Assembly: GCA_010909165.1 (NCBI GenBank)
Contig: MU008186.1
Coordinates: 1-64,000 of the forward strand
DNA length: 64,000 nt
Direction: 5' to 3'
Source of the DNA: Anthoceros angustus
Taxonomy: Eukaryota > Plantae > Anthocerotophyta
Shown piece by piece: positions 38,739-51,958 of this stretch. A model generated the notes under the pieces. That model did not search any database, had not been told where the DNA came from, and saw only the letters and a program-made list of their open reading frames with translations. The position numbers were made by a program, and so were the translations under genes. Position 1 is the stretch's first letter. Every line of letters starts with the position of its first letter.

Positions 38739-40139
38739 CTAGTTAGACATTTTTGACGAATTATCATGTTGAATACACACTTGTTTATTTCCCTCAATTC
38801 CCAGATCACCTAGGAAAAAGATGGATGAGTGCACCTGATCTTTTACTTCAACAGCTGCCTCTGGTCCCGTGTTACGTTTAAGCACTCCCGACCCATTACT
38901 AGCATGTCCAATAAATCCTAACTTATTTTTAGAATATTTGTTAGTATGAAAATTTTGAAAAATTTTCATTAAAGCTTTCCGGTTCATATATGTTCGTTTC
39001 TCATTAGGATGATGTTCCAATATTTCTTCATACATCACATCCTTTAGGTCTTCCTTAGAAAAACACTCAAAGTTGAATTGTATGTGTGGTACCGGTTGGT
39101 TTGTGTACATACTTGAAAAGAACTTATCAGCACTTCTGAAAAAGGGATGCCGAAGAGCTTCTTCAGCTGTTGCTCTATCTTTTGGATTAAAAGCTAAAAG
39201 CTGCTTAAGTAATGATAGAGCCAGGGGATCAACTTGTGAAAATCGCTCCTCGAAGGAAGTAGAGATTCCAGAATGATATTGTTTATTACTCCTCCCGATA
39301 GTCGTTGTCGACTGATGGTTCTCCTCATATGGCTCGATTCCAAAAAAATTCGTAATCAACTTCAATTGATGCTCATCATTTTTCCCTGGAAATAAAGGCT
39401 TTCTTAGCAACATTTCTGCAAATATGCACCCTATACTCCAAATATCAATCGCTGAAGAATATATGCCGAGATTTTTAGTGCAGAGTTCTGGTGCACGGTA
39501 ATATTGAGTTACAATATAATTTCTCCACCGTAATGTAATGGAAGTATCTTTTGGAATCACACGGGCAAATCCGAAATCACACATTTTAAGTAGACCAGTC
39601 GAGTAGTTTACTAGCAAATTGCCGGGCTTGAGATCTCTATGGACAACATTTGCCTCATGCAAATATTTAGTTGCTTGAAGTAATTGATAAAGCAAATTTC
39701 GTTGAAATATGAGAGAAAGGTTTTTGCCAGCCCTATAAATTAACCCATGTAGATCGCCCTCCATCAACTCCGTTACGATGTAGATTGCATCAACATGCTT
39801 TGTCGGAGGGAGAAGTATATTTTTCAGCTTGATAATATTTGGATGTTGTAATACATGAAGTAGTTTAATCTCCCTTACGAATTGATAGGAATTTACCTTA
39901 TGACCATACAAGTGACTAATCTTCTTTATGGCAACGTCTTCACATGTTAGTAGATCTTGAGCAGCCCAAACTGTTCCAAAGGTTCCTTTGTTTATGATTT
40001 GACATAGCTTGTATCGATCTTCATCACCAGTACCATATTCCCAAAAAGAACTTGCCTTGTGTGGACCATATTTCGAAAGATAGGTCACCATATCTGCAGC
40101 TGTATTATTCCAACAAGAGTATTGCGTTCTCAAGAACAT
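38739..40139 (-). CDS. Divergent intronless MAP kinase resembling plant group D (TDY) MAPKs
   Basis: KGTFGTV, VAIKKI, REIKLL, HRDLKPGN, CDFGFARV, YYRAPELC, DIWSIGCIFAEML, MYEEILEHHP. Activation loop reads WRNYIVT. Confidence 0.9.
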   Translation of the reverse strand: MFLRTQYSCWNNTAADMVTYLSKYGPHKASSFWEYGTGDEDRYKLCQIINKGTFGTVWAAQDLLTCEDVAIKKISHLYGHKVNSYQFVREIKLLHVLQHPNIIKLKNILLPPTKHVDAIYIVTELMEGDLHGLIYRAGKNLSLIFQRNLLYQLLQATKYLHEANVVHRDLKPGNLLVNYSTGLLKMCDFGFARVIPKDTSITLRWRNYIVTQYYRAPELCTKNLGIYSSAIDIWSIGCIFAEMLLRKPLFPGKNDEHQLKLITNFFGIEPYEENHQSTTTIGRSNKQYHSGISTSFEERFSQVDPLALSLLKQLLAFNPKDRATAEEALRHPFFRSADKFFSSMYTNQPVPHIQFNFECFSKEDLKDVMYEEILEHHPNEKRTYMNRKALMKIFQNFHTNKYSKNKLGFIGHASNGSGVLKRNTGPEAAVEVKDQVHSSIFFLGDLGIEGNKQVCIQHDNSSKMSN

Positions 40140-41642
40140 GCGATCCGGTACTCCGAGGTTGAAACAACTATATTGCAGATATAATTGCTAGTTGAAACTG
40201 ATATCACATATATGGATCAATCTATAAAAATATAGTTCCACAAGGTAACAATTCTATCACCACAAATTGTTGCACAAAAAAGATACAAGGTCAATGAATT
40301 AATAGAACATAGAGAGGTGACATATATAGTACTCATAGTAATAACTATAATTTAATAAACTCGACGTCCAAGGTTTAAGTTATACAATGTACATGGTATT
40401 GTCACAATTTGTTGTCAATCGAAGTTCAAGGTTTAAGCATAAGCTGCATGTTGATGATATTAATTAATAAATCGAACTCTAAGGCTTAGACTAGGTATAT
40501 GAGTAAATAATTATTATTAAAAGTTTACACAGTACTCATAATGACAACCATAATGTGATAAAATCCAAGTAGAAGGTTTAAGCTACATAAGTCACCATGT
40601 TGGCTGCTGACGACAAAGGATATCATTCCTCTCCTGTGTGATGCAGGCACACCTGCGTTTTTCCCACCACAGTCACGTGTGCATGGAGACAGACAGGAGG
40701 TTCACAGCTAGCTAGCTGCTCAGTCCTCTGGCATGCAGATGTTGTAGGTTTCCTTCCCACAAACTGCAAATCATTGTATGCCTGCCTTTCGAGGCTCCCG
40801 GTCTGGGGTAATGCGTACTGCAATACCGTGAACCCTGGGCCAGCATTAAGATGATGCCCACATCACAGCTATAAGGTGAGGCCAAGATCATGTTTCATTC
40901 ACATGTTTCGCATTGCCTCTTCCTTCCCAGTCCCCCTGGCAGCCGGCTCGGGGGATTCAGCTGTATCAGGTGGAGTGCAATGAACGAAATAACGGTGTCT
41001 GGACCCGTCCCCGATTCTTTCAGGGTAGGGTATGTCCTCAGTGTCCTGGCGTCAGACCTCATTCGCAAAGCGCGGTGGGCAGACACCGGCAAGTCTGGGC
41101 AACCTCTCTGCCCTTCGTATCCTTGCCCGAAGAGGTTTTGGAGAACTTGGGAGGACATGAATCTCGAGCGGGCCGCTTTAAGCTTGCTGCCGAACCACCC
41201 GCTCTCAGTTGCTCTGGGCAACGTTACAAGTCTTTCGAGCATGGCTTACTGATTTTCTTGTCGATACGCGACTGAGAGTCAAGTAAGGTCTCAGATGACA
41301 GCAGGATTGTTGGAGTCATCCAGCGCATGCTTCAATTTCCTGACATTTGAAGCTCTCTATCGCTGGTGACTCTCATTTGAACTACCACAAATCTCTTTCA
41401 AACAAATCATACAGACTTTCACAAAATTTTCACAAAAATGTCATGAATTTGGGTTGTCAGATTGGGTACTCAGTTTGGGTGTAGGTCTACTATTCTCTCT
41501 TGGAATTGTAGTTCCGGACCAAAAAAGCCTATGTAGGTACTAGCACAAAATTTTTATACAGATAATGTCATCCAAGTCGGGTTATAAGGTCAGGTTGGTA
41601 CTATTCTCTCTTCGAACTGTAATTCCGGATCTTCCCGCAGCA

Positions 41643-44345
41643 CTACCTATGCGCATGCTCAATGTTGAATGGCCTGTGTCTGAAATTTAGCATCTCCTTG
41701 CAGCTGACAGCACATCGCTTTGTTAACATGCCCGTGAAAGTATTTGCTATCAATCGATCACAGACTGATATTCCGTTTTGCAACCCAGGACAGGTACCAT
41801 ATCCCAATCTCGCTGTGGGATGCTCTGCCACATTTGTCATGAGCTGCAAAGAAGGGGCAGAGATTGTCAGAGTGCAGGTAGATAAAGAAGCATTTTCAGA
41901 TAAAGGAAGTCGTAATTAAGATGAACCGACCTCGAGTATGTTGAGACACAGTCTCTCGTCCAACTCGTCCATCAGGTTCACGCAAACAGGGACGCCATTT
42001 TCAGTTATAAAGGCTTTCTTGCCATCAATATCAATGGTCATGCTGCAGACACAAAGACAGCTTCCTAATTAGATTCTTCAGTGCAAGGGGCTCTGCATGT
42101 GTTGATGAGATAGAAAGAACTTGTGACGTAGTCAACAACAGAGCTGCTGATCTATGACCCTGAAACTTTTTAAACTTAGGATCGCAAGATCCATCTTGAA
42201 ACACCACATCTTGAGAACAAAAGTGACCTCTGACGCATAGGACATACCTCATCAGGGCTCCAGCAGCCAACGCCTGCACACGCGGTTCTATGTCATCAAG
42301 TAATGGGATGAGAATCTTCACGGCTTTGTTTGCAACAGCTTGAGCCTTTGCGCTCTTGTCCATGCTGCCGGCATCCACAAGTTAGAGTGCATCAAAACAC
42401 AACGGACAGGAGCGACATTCAAAAAACGTATTCGTCGGAATCCAGCTGCAGAGAGATGAATGCTGGACAAACCAGAGAAGACATAAAAACTGGGCTGCTG
42501 ATTCCTTCACAGATGGGTCAAGATGGGCAAGATGTCGAATAGCACTGAGGACGGCATTTGCTTTAAGAAGTTGTGACAGTGCTACTTTATCCGTGCCTGT
42601 GTCAAGACACTTTGAGAGAAGATCCAATCCAAGAATGAGGCAAGTTTTCTCCTTTTCTTCATCCACCTTCTTCAAAAAGAATTCCAATGTGGTTCCATCG
42701 TTCACCAACTCCTTCCTCACTGCACATTAAAACAAACATTAGCTGTTTCAGGACAGGGAGGCTTACGTTATGCAAGACACTGAACACTTTCTAGCATGCA
42801 TTGCTTAACCCAAGCTATCATGGTACAAGTCAGAACCCCCCTCTGATGCTGGTAGTAAGTACCTATCTCATAATGTGCAGCCTCCAATAAAGCATGAAAA
42901 GCATTCGTCCTTAAAGTGGTATCGTTGTCTTTAAGCTTTCATAGTACAGGACATATGCAGCCTTGCTTATTATAGTTGAAATCATACTAAAGCCGCCTAC
43001 AGTGCTTTACGAGAAAGCTCAAGACTACTGACTTGCAAGCTCGAAGCCAGGGTATCCTTACAGACACCAGACTGACATGCGACTGTCACGCTACGCTGAG
43101 CACGACTCTCACAAGACCACTACAGCAGCATGCTCACAAATCGACAGAGACTGTTCCCCGTCAGATCTTGTTACCATGTGCACAAGACCCTGAATTGCAC
43201 CTAAACGGGATGCCTCAATAGCTCCAACCTTCCGCACTGCATCACGCACAACAGCCCCATGAGTACCAAAAAATCTCACTGACCAATTGTACATACAACT
43301 ACTGCGAAACAGAAAGAACCTGTAATGTATCGGAAGCAGAGAGCAAGCTGCTGCCGAATGAAAAGGTCCTCCTCCCTGAACATTCTGGCAAGAATCGCCA
43401 CAATACCTGTCGGTCCAACTATCAGTATCAGGAAGCCTTGTACAAGATACATCATGACTTTCCATACCGTAAAATCAGAAAATTTTCGCAAATGCAGGCA
43501 GAAGACACCCGTGGATATACCAGCTGCAAAGCATCGAGAACAGTCTTCTGGTACAGAAAGAAGCTCCACAGCCCAGACCATGGCCTTCTGGCGGACTATA
43601 AGATCCCTGTGCTTAAGAACCCTCACCTACAAATATCTTCACACCACAGCACCTCAGTCAGCACAAAACAAGCGCCCAACTCCTGCTGCCGCCGTCCTGC
43701 AATCAAAATCCAGCTAAACATTACCATCTTGGAGAACATGAAGTTCCCAAACGCTTCGGTGACCATAATTGGCGGCTGCGGCTTAGGATCCTTCTGCGCC
43801 TGGTGCTCCCAGATCTTATGCCCGTGCAACTCATACCGACGCAGAGGATAGAGCTCATCAGACTCGATCGTGTTCACATAGGTCTTCATGCTATCACTCC
43901 TGATCTGAGAGTCGGCCCTCTCCCAGCCATGATGCCCCGCCATCATCCGGTCCTCCGGCCCCAGCACATCGGGAAACCCTTTCTTCACCACAATGTACTC
44001 CTTCTTCTTCACGGGAGTTTCCCCGGAAGCCTCACTGGATTTGGATGATGAGCGGCCAGGACCGTCCTTCTTCTTCTCCGCGCCCTTGCTTTTGGCAGCC
44101 TTTTCTTTGGTGTGCGTCGGGCTGGGTCCTGACGGCTCCTTGGGCTCCGCCCGGGAAGGTTCTGCCGCCTTGCCGGCGTCTTGCGCGGGCTTGGCAGGCT
44201 CTGCTGCCGCCGCCTTGGCAGCTTGAGGTGCAGCAGGCTTGGCAGGCTCCGGTGGAGGTTTTCCGGCGGGGGCGACGGCGGAATCGGCCGCTCTGGGGGC
44301 CTCCGGCTGCTTGGATGCGTCAGCCGGGGCGTTGGAATCCGCCAT
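41643..44345 (-). CDS. RSPH14: Radial spoke head 14 homolog (armadillo-repeat flagellar protein), multi-exon
   Basis: Spliced pieces VTEAFGNFMFSKM/VRVLKHRDLIVRQKAM..LLSVPE, LLDDIEPRVQALAAGALM/SMTIDIDGKKA, NILE/LMTNVAEHPTAR..FRHRPF resemble RSP14/RTDR1. Long Ala/Pro/Lys-rich N-terminal extension. Confidence 0.8.
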
Positions 44346-44981
44346 GGCTGGCTTCTGGAAGCTTTGAGCAGAATTGGTGTTCCAGTCCGAGACGAGCCGG
44401 AGAGCGTTTGAGTGACACGAGCAGTGTCACATGACACAGGCCACGCAACTCTTCCTCCTCGACGGTTAAAAGTAGGTAGCCACCTAACAAGCAACTACCT
44501 CCCTAAGACCTCGACCTTGACACTTCATTTTTGTCTCTAGTCGCTACCCGTTTCATAGCTCGCTTTTATTTTTCCCGTATTTTCGTCAAAGAAAGTATGA
44601 AGCCGCAGTGTAGGGGGCCTAAACTTCAAGCTTCTCCATGACCACATCCAAGAGAAAGGATAGAAAATATCCGTTAAAGTTACATTCTTTCTTTTTATTC
44701 TACATCAATTATTATAAATATTTAATATATATTTAAAATATAATTATTATAAAATTTTATAATATTAATAACGATGTTGTATTGGGCTTAGTTTACAAGA
44801 GCATTTTTTTAAAATTTAGTGAATGGTTTAGTTTAATGGAGCTTAGCTGCTCCTTTCTACTCCGACCCTTGGTGGTCCGATGATGTCCTTTGCTAGATGG
44901 GCTCTCCCCATGATTTCTCCTCCCTCGATAACTGAGGAGTTCTAATGAACTCATGTGTGGATGACACCTTGCGCACATTTT

Positions 44982-45072
44982 CACATATAACATACTTTCC
45001 ACTCTGCTCAAGTATCAGTTTTACACATATAACATACTTTCCACTCTGCTCAAGTATCACTCAGTTTTACAC
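44982..45072. repeat. ~42 bp tandem duplication
   Basis: CACATATAACATACTTTCCACTCTGCTCAAGTATCA repeated twice. Confidence 0.85.
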
Positions 45073-46299
45073 AGTTCTTCAACTCTTTCCATGATGGGAT
45101 CCACATCTCTATGCGAGCGAGTGTCTACCCTTGCTTTACCTATCCTTGTTGGTAAGAACAAATATCATCCTTGGAAGCACATTTTAGGTCTGCAGTTGGA
45201 TGCTATGTAGCGCATCCAGTACACAAGTTTTGCCTTTATCTCTTGCTTGGCCCTTATCACAATGTTCCTTAAGTTATCCACCTTAAGTCTGCTTGGCAAA
45301 GTCCTATAAAGATGTCCTTCGAGGTGCTCTTGTAAGACTACAACAAGGTGACAATGTGGAGATAATTGACAAGACTCCAAGCATCGAACAAGAGTTACAC
45401 CTCCCACTTATGGGTCTTCAGCAATCTACAGCAGTTGCGAGAAAAGAATGGCCCATGACAAGCTGAATTTTGAATACATAATGCACAGAACGGAATGATC
45501 ACATGGGACGGACGTAAAATTCATGAATAGGAATATCACAAGCCAACGGTGATGGGTTGATGCATATGTGTACATTATGTACGTGTGGCAATAGACTGGT
45601 TCAGGTTATTCGGATTTTCATGCGACCTTCAGCAGTAAGTCATCACAATATGCCCGTTTGGGTTTTAAATATGATGGTTTTATAGGCTATGAGCATATTG
45701 GTTATAAAAGGTATACTATTATTATTTATATTATAAAGACAAGAGACTAGCTAGTTCTAACGTAATATATCTCATGTTATAAAATAGTATCATGAAATAC
45801 ACTTCAAACGAACCTAAACTCTTGAATGCACATAATCAAGTTCCTAAATCGTACACGAGTAAGCTCTTAAATCGCAGAATAATAACAAACAACATCATCA
45901 AGAGTTCTTGAAACCCTCTCCAAGGTGAAAATTGTTCGTGAAAAAAAAAAGGATTGTGGGCATGTGAGAATGAAGGTAGTCAACATGTTTTCTGTTATCC
46001 CTCCTCTTGTGTTTAAATTATTATGATAAATTATTAGATTGTTTAAATAGAAGTTGTAAGATTTTATTGAGGTGAAAAAGCGATGGGAAAAGCCCATCCA
46101 GGAGGGGACAACCAAAGGGGACCAGGGGGTCGAGGTGAAGAGGAGCAACTGAGCTCCTTGCCTAAAGTCACCTACTGCACGCACAATGTCATATGCAGGA
46201 AGAATAAACGGACTGCAAACCACAGAGGTAGAGGAAGATGCGTCACCTACTGTCGCCGCCTTGTGGAGGATCGCTGAGAGCGCTGAAGGCAATTGAAAC

Positions 46300-46830
46300 C
46301 CGTTGTCAAGTATGCCGTGAAGTACGAGAGGATGACTGCGTGTCTACGCCACAAGATGGTAAGCTTTGGCACAGGACTTGACAAAATTGTCAAAGTCCTC
46401 AGCCATAGCCCCATACGTTTCTAGTGCAAGCGGAAAAAAGAGGTGGCCCGCTTGCATCCTCGCTATATTTGCGGACCTTGAGAGCCGTGCTCGGCGGCAA
46501 CACGGGCTTAGTGATGACTGGCGGAGATGGTGTCTCGTGTAGGATCAAGAACCACCACATCTCGCCATCAAACCTCGCCACGGACAAGGTACAGTCACCG
46601 ATTGAACGACCAGACGGAGTATACACCCGCTCCCTCCAGGCCATGTAGCCGCTTTCGCGCGCGATGGCGAATATGACATCGCGGATGGCGTCGTGAGTGG
46701 CAATGCGATGACCCCGTGGGGACAACGAGCAAGGTGTACCCAGAATCATCGAAGGCAGAGCCGCACTCGCAAGTAAGGAGCGAAGAAGCCACGAAGCCAC
46801 AGGCTAGAGCAGGCCAAGACGTAGGAGTAG
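46300..46830 (-). mobile_element. 3' fragment of a non-LTR retrotransposon (zinc knuckle and restriction-like endonuclease region, CRE/R2-like group)
   Basis: Frameshifted LTCECGSAFDDSGY... followed by G.HRIATHDAIRDVIFAIARESGYMAWRE...GRSIGD, matching the CxC..H..C / (R)HD..RD / E..R.D pattern of RLE elements. Confidence 0.65.
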
Positions 46831-47079
46831 AAGTAGGTAATGGGGTCTTATTTCTCGGACTATACATATGCACATGAAAACTTTCTCCTACTTCAAGCTC
46901 TATCTATCATTCAAGGAATTTGAAGACAAGATGAATGTATAGGATATTCTTAAAAATCATAAAATTAAATTATAATATATAATATAATATTTTTAACTAT
47001 ATATTTTATGAATTTTTAAAAATTATTATAAAAATTAAAATAATGAATGAGATATTATTATAATACATTAATGCAGGAG

Positions 47080-50000
47080 TTACAAATCCGTAAATGTAGA
47101 GGGATCATAAGAGTAGTTATTTACAAATGGTGTTTGTGACCCACTGCTGTCATCAAACTTATGATCCTCTATTGGTTGAATAACCTTGTTTTCTCCAATT
47201 TGATCAGCATGTACATCAAATGAGGCTGGAGAACCTAACTGTTCAAAGTTGCTGCTTTGAGGTATTGAAGATAAAGAATCCTTGTTCATTGTTGATTTGG
47301 GTCTTTCATCAAGTGAAGTCTTGACAGAGCTAGATGCCTCATCCAAAGAAGTGATTCGATTTGAATCCATAATTGACGCTGAATTGAAGACTGTATCAAA
47401 TGAAGATTTTGAAATTAGTTCCAAAGAGGAACTAGGAAAAAAAGCAGACACACGGTCGTGCAAAAGCTTAGATTGTGTAAAAGACATATTTTCTATTCCA
47501 ATTGATTCTAAAGGCGCTGATATGGATTGTATTGCTATTGATGTTTCCTCATTATACGAAGGTATTAGTGTATTGCTACTGAAAGGATTATTGTTAACTT
47601 CACCAGATGTCTTGGATGATGTTCGAGAAGTTGAGGTAGAATTGTTAACTTTTGTAGGCATCTTGTAGGATGTTCTAGAAGTTGAGGTGGAAGGATAGGA
47701 TGTGTTATATGGATCTAGGTCCACAGAGTGATCTGTCACTACTATTGCAGGTCCATTTGGAGGTTTAACAATTGAAGTGGGATAATGACTTGAGCTACTC
47801 ATCGAGTTTTGGAGCATATGTGTCTCCATTGACTCATCATGTGATGTTGCAGTAGGATTTTCAGTAAGCTCAATTTGATGAGTATTGTCTTCATGTACAT
47901 CTGCCTTTGGAATATTACAATCCTGTAACAAAAATGGATCAATGGATAAAGTCTATTTATTGTAATATACAAACCATTTAAAACAAAAATCATAAAACAC
48001 TATTTGTTTTACCGCTTTTGCAAGAAATGGAGTTAATGCAACGGAGACAAAAATGATGACCAGCCACCAGGCCCACCACCATTTCAACGTTAGTGTTAGG
48101 CCAACTGTAATGACCCCCAATAAAATCTGCGGCATGTAATATAAACTAGATTAATATGGTGTTGAATAAGGTTGTTGATGATAAAACTGCATTGGATTGT
48201 ATTATTCATGATTTGGTTTTTAGAAGATTCACACACCTGTAAAAGTCCTCCATAAGTAATGAAGTCTAGGAACTTATAACCTCCTGGTTGATAAACCATA
48301 AGATTAGTTGGACAACCTGTAGGAGTCATAAATCCAGCTGACGATGCCATCATAAGTGTATAAGCAAAAGGCCTGAAGTCAAGTTGCTGAGATTGTGCAG
48401 CAGCTAAGGCAACTGGAAACATAATAGTAACTGCTGCACTGTTTGTAATCGCTAATGAAAAAATTGTAGTCGCAACATATGTACATGTTATCAATCCAAA
48501 CTGCGAATGATGCAAGATTATAACAAAGCTTAGAAGGGAGTCAAGTTATCAATGTATTGTTTTTAAATGTACGTCCCTATAAAGTCTAAACCCTAAACTT
48601 AAGAACTATTTAGATGAAACCAACAAGTATGTTCCAAGTTTCCTAGTTGGGATGTAGTGCGTACCATGGATTTACCTGCTAACCCCATGAGTGCTTTGGC
48701 AATTATGTCTGCTGCCCCGCTTATAACCATAGCCTCAGATATGCCAAATGCAGCTGATATCATAATAAGAACTGGTAGTTCGATGGATTCCTAGATGAAA
48801 GAAAAACTTCATTGTTTACAAGTCCGAGAAACATAAGATGTTGAAGCTTTACAAGCACTGATCAATTTACCATAGCATCTGCTGGTGTTAAAGACCCTGT
48901 TATGAGTAACCCTGCAGCTGAAAATAAAGCAGCAGTAATGAGTCGATATCCAATGCCACTTCCAACCACCATTCCTAGCACCAAAATTGCAGCAATGCCA
49001 GCTTTTCCTCTTTGTATAGGGATAAATCCTGGTAACTGCACCCAATCTGAAAGTGTGTAAGGTTGGAAATAGTCTACCCTATTTTATATCATTAATTTTT
49101 AGAAAAATATTTTATGATATACATTTTTAACATGACTATAAAACTTTCTTACTTTTGCTACTAATGAGAATGTGGAGTTGTTCCTATGTTTCGCAACAAA
49201 TTCAGGGCCATCAGCAACCATAAGCAAGGAATCTCCTGCTTCAAGAACAATATCTCCAATAGCACTGCACATAGTTAAATCACGTTAAAAATGTCATCTA
49301 TCCATAGTTTTTAAATTTAGATAGATTATTTTTCATGAATTGATATTTTTCTAAAGTAATACCTCTCTAGCCGCTTTGCATGACGATGTATAGCAACTAT
49401 AGCTGCTTTATATCGAGCGCGAAATTGCAACTCTGCAACTTTCTTGCGAACCATGGGTGATCCTAATGCAACAACAGCTTCTACTAAGCATTGATTCACT
49501 TTTAACTTATTCAGATCAACTTGTTCTTGACCCTAGTCCAATTATGATAGTAGGATTAGATACGAATGAGAATGATGTTGTACAACTGCATTAGAATAAA
49601 TAGAGAGTAAGTGAAAAATCTCAATACCTCATCTTCGGAAAGAGCTAAACCATCGAAACGAGCCAAAGAAAGTACAGAGTCTATAACCCCAGAGAATTGA
49701 AGATGATCTTTTGGTTGTAATATATAATCAGCAGGTGGTGTTGATATTTTATTTCCATCTCGAATAATTTGTAAAAGGTGCAGTCCTGGCTGATGTTGTG
49801 CTCCTGTTTGTTCAATTGTTTTTCCCGAGAGAGATGATTTTTGTTTCACCACAAGCACAACATTGTACTCCCTGAATAGCAAGATGAAAAATTCTCTTTT
49901 ATGCTGTGGTTCTTGCTCTGAAAAATCAATATCAAGCTAAAAATCACCATAAAGAAGACATTGTGTGACTAGAAGTGAAATTATTGAGAAGAATCTGATA

Positions 50001-50959
50001 TTTAGTTTAAATCAAATAGAATATAGAGTATTAAAATGGTTTACCTGGCATTTATAGAAGTTTGTTGAATTGCTAACCTATTGGGAAGCAATTTGCTAGA
50101 AAGAGCAATTATGTAAAAAATTCCAGCAATCATGACCGGCATGCCAATAATACCAATCTCAAAGAGATTCATTTTCAAAGTTGGAACTTTCTTGGAGGCT
50201 AGTGAAAGAACCACTAAATTCGTGGTAGCACCAATTAAAGTAAGTGTACCACCAAGTTGAGCAGCATAGCTTAGTGGAATCAACATTTTGGATGGTGCCA
50301 GATTCACCTGTAGCATATTTTATCCAAATCATGTACTTTACTTCATTTTCATGCATAATATTTAGGGATATGTAACCTGATTTTAATGCAGTTATAAGCA
50401 TGATAGAAGCAATGACCATAGTTAAGATGCACGACCTTTCCTCCAAATTCCACTATCGGTGGAATCATCATTGCCACAAGCGGAATATTTGCAAGGAAAG
50501 CACTGAAAAGAGCGACTGGTACGCTAAATTTGAGAAGAACCCACACAATGCTATTTGCACTCTTGCTGGGAACCTGACCAGGCTTAAGTTTCTTCTTTTT
50601 GGTGCTAAACAGTACTTTTGATACATATTCTAAACCTCCAGAGTTTTCTATACCTGCACTTAGTGAAAATAACATGTTACAAAAAAATCATATATTAAGT
50701 ACAAGTCATGCAATGCTTATATGGAGTTACCTTTGGCTACAACAAATAGTACAGCGACTGACAACATAGCTTCATCAGCAAAACCATGAAAAGCTTCTTC
50801 AATATTTAAAATGTCTAATGGGAGGAATATAATCAAGGTTCCCATCATCACCAAATAGGGTGGAGCAAGTTCGCCAACAAGAGCTACTAGCATTGCACCA
50901 ATAAGACCCAATGTCACCCAACCCTCCCAAACATCGTGATCTGGAAGCTTTAACGTCAT
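47080..50959 (-). CDS. SLC13/DASS-family transporter with TrkA-C domains (SLT/SAC1-like Na+/sulfate cotransporter), multi-exon
   Basis: MLSVAVLFVVAKG/IENSGGL, SAFLANIPLVAMMIP, PSKMLIPLSYAAQLGGTLTLIGATTNLVV, TrkA-C pieces (LSGKTIEQTG, FRARYKAAIVAIHR), ITNSAAVTIMFPVA, SAGFMTPTGCPTNLMVYQPGGYKFLDF. Last exon is a ~280 aa Ser/Thr-rich tail. Confidence 0.9.
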
Positions 50960-51736
50960 GTTGGATTAATAAAGGCTCAACCTCCTCTGGCCGCAATGTA
51001 GCAAAGCATTGTCCCGACTGCATGATGAATCTGAATAGTTGTAAAGTTTATATGTTGTATTATACTCCAGATTTCTGCACATCGTGGATGCGTTGCTAGC
51101 CCATTCTAATCTTCCAGGATTTTTATGGCACAAAATAGCTTAGAACATAATCTCCCGACGCCAAGTACATATTCAAGTAAATAAATATGTATTTATTTCT
51201 TACAATTATGATAACCAAGTGAAAATAGGCTAAAAAGCAAATAACATGGCCCGGGATTGCAGTAACCGTTCGAGATCATGGGACACGCACATGGGGAACT
51301 GCGAACAGCTTCAGGAGACTGTGAACAGGATTGGCCTTCAAATGCTCAATTTCCGACAGAGTCTGCTTGCCCTCAAGTTTTGTTGCGTGCGAGAATGCAA
51401 GCCGGTTGAGAACACATGCTGGGATTTTTTGAGAACCCGGGATAAGTATGTGCCGATGTTACAGCAAGCTGTGGAAATCAGGAGAGGACGAGCAGGCCAA
51501 GGTGGTACAATAGGGTCCGCTGGCCATTCCACCAGGTACCTCATTCGATGTCAATGTGCCTGGCATCAGAGTTAGTGTTGAACTGCGATGCAGGGGTACA
51601 ATGGCTTGCACAATGGAGGCAGGTGCTCTTGAAATGAGACTCGTGTGTTTGCAGCATACCATGCCTGTCTGGAATTTACTGGCCCTTGAGCCGTCTGTCG
51701 GGAATTGAATTGAGCAAGTCGCTACTAGCATTGAGG

Positions 51737-51862
51737 TCTTAGTCTTGTCTTGGGCTTTTTGATTGGCAGAATGTACCACATCACCTGCTAACATATGTGT
51801 CTTAGTCTTGTCTTGGGCTTTTTGATTGGCAGAATGTACCACATCACCTGCTAACATATGTG
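51737..51862. repeat. 63 bp tandem duplication upstream of RSP3
   Basis: TCTTAGTCTTGTCTTGGGCTTTTTGATTGGCAGAATGTACCACATCACCTGCTAACATATGTG twice. Confidence 0.92.
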
Positions 51863-51958
51863 CTTACACCGTCTCTGCGCAGATCTGTTGAACAAGCACT
51901 TGCACGGGTTGCTCTTCACCTTCCCGAGGACTTCCTGTAAGAGGAGGAAGTTTGCACA

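Noticed and set aside
40890-41275. ORFs of 115-120 aa as a possible last exon of RSPH14
   Set aside because: RSPH14 appears to end at 41643 with an RSP14-like FRHRPF tail, and these ORFs show no recognisable motif.
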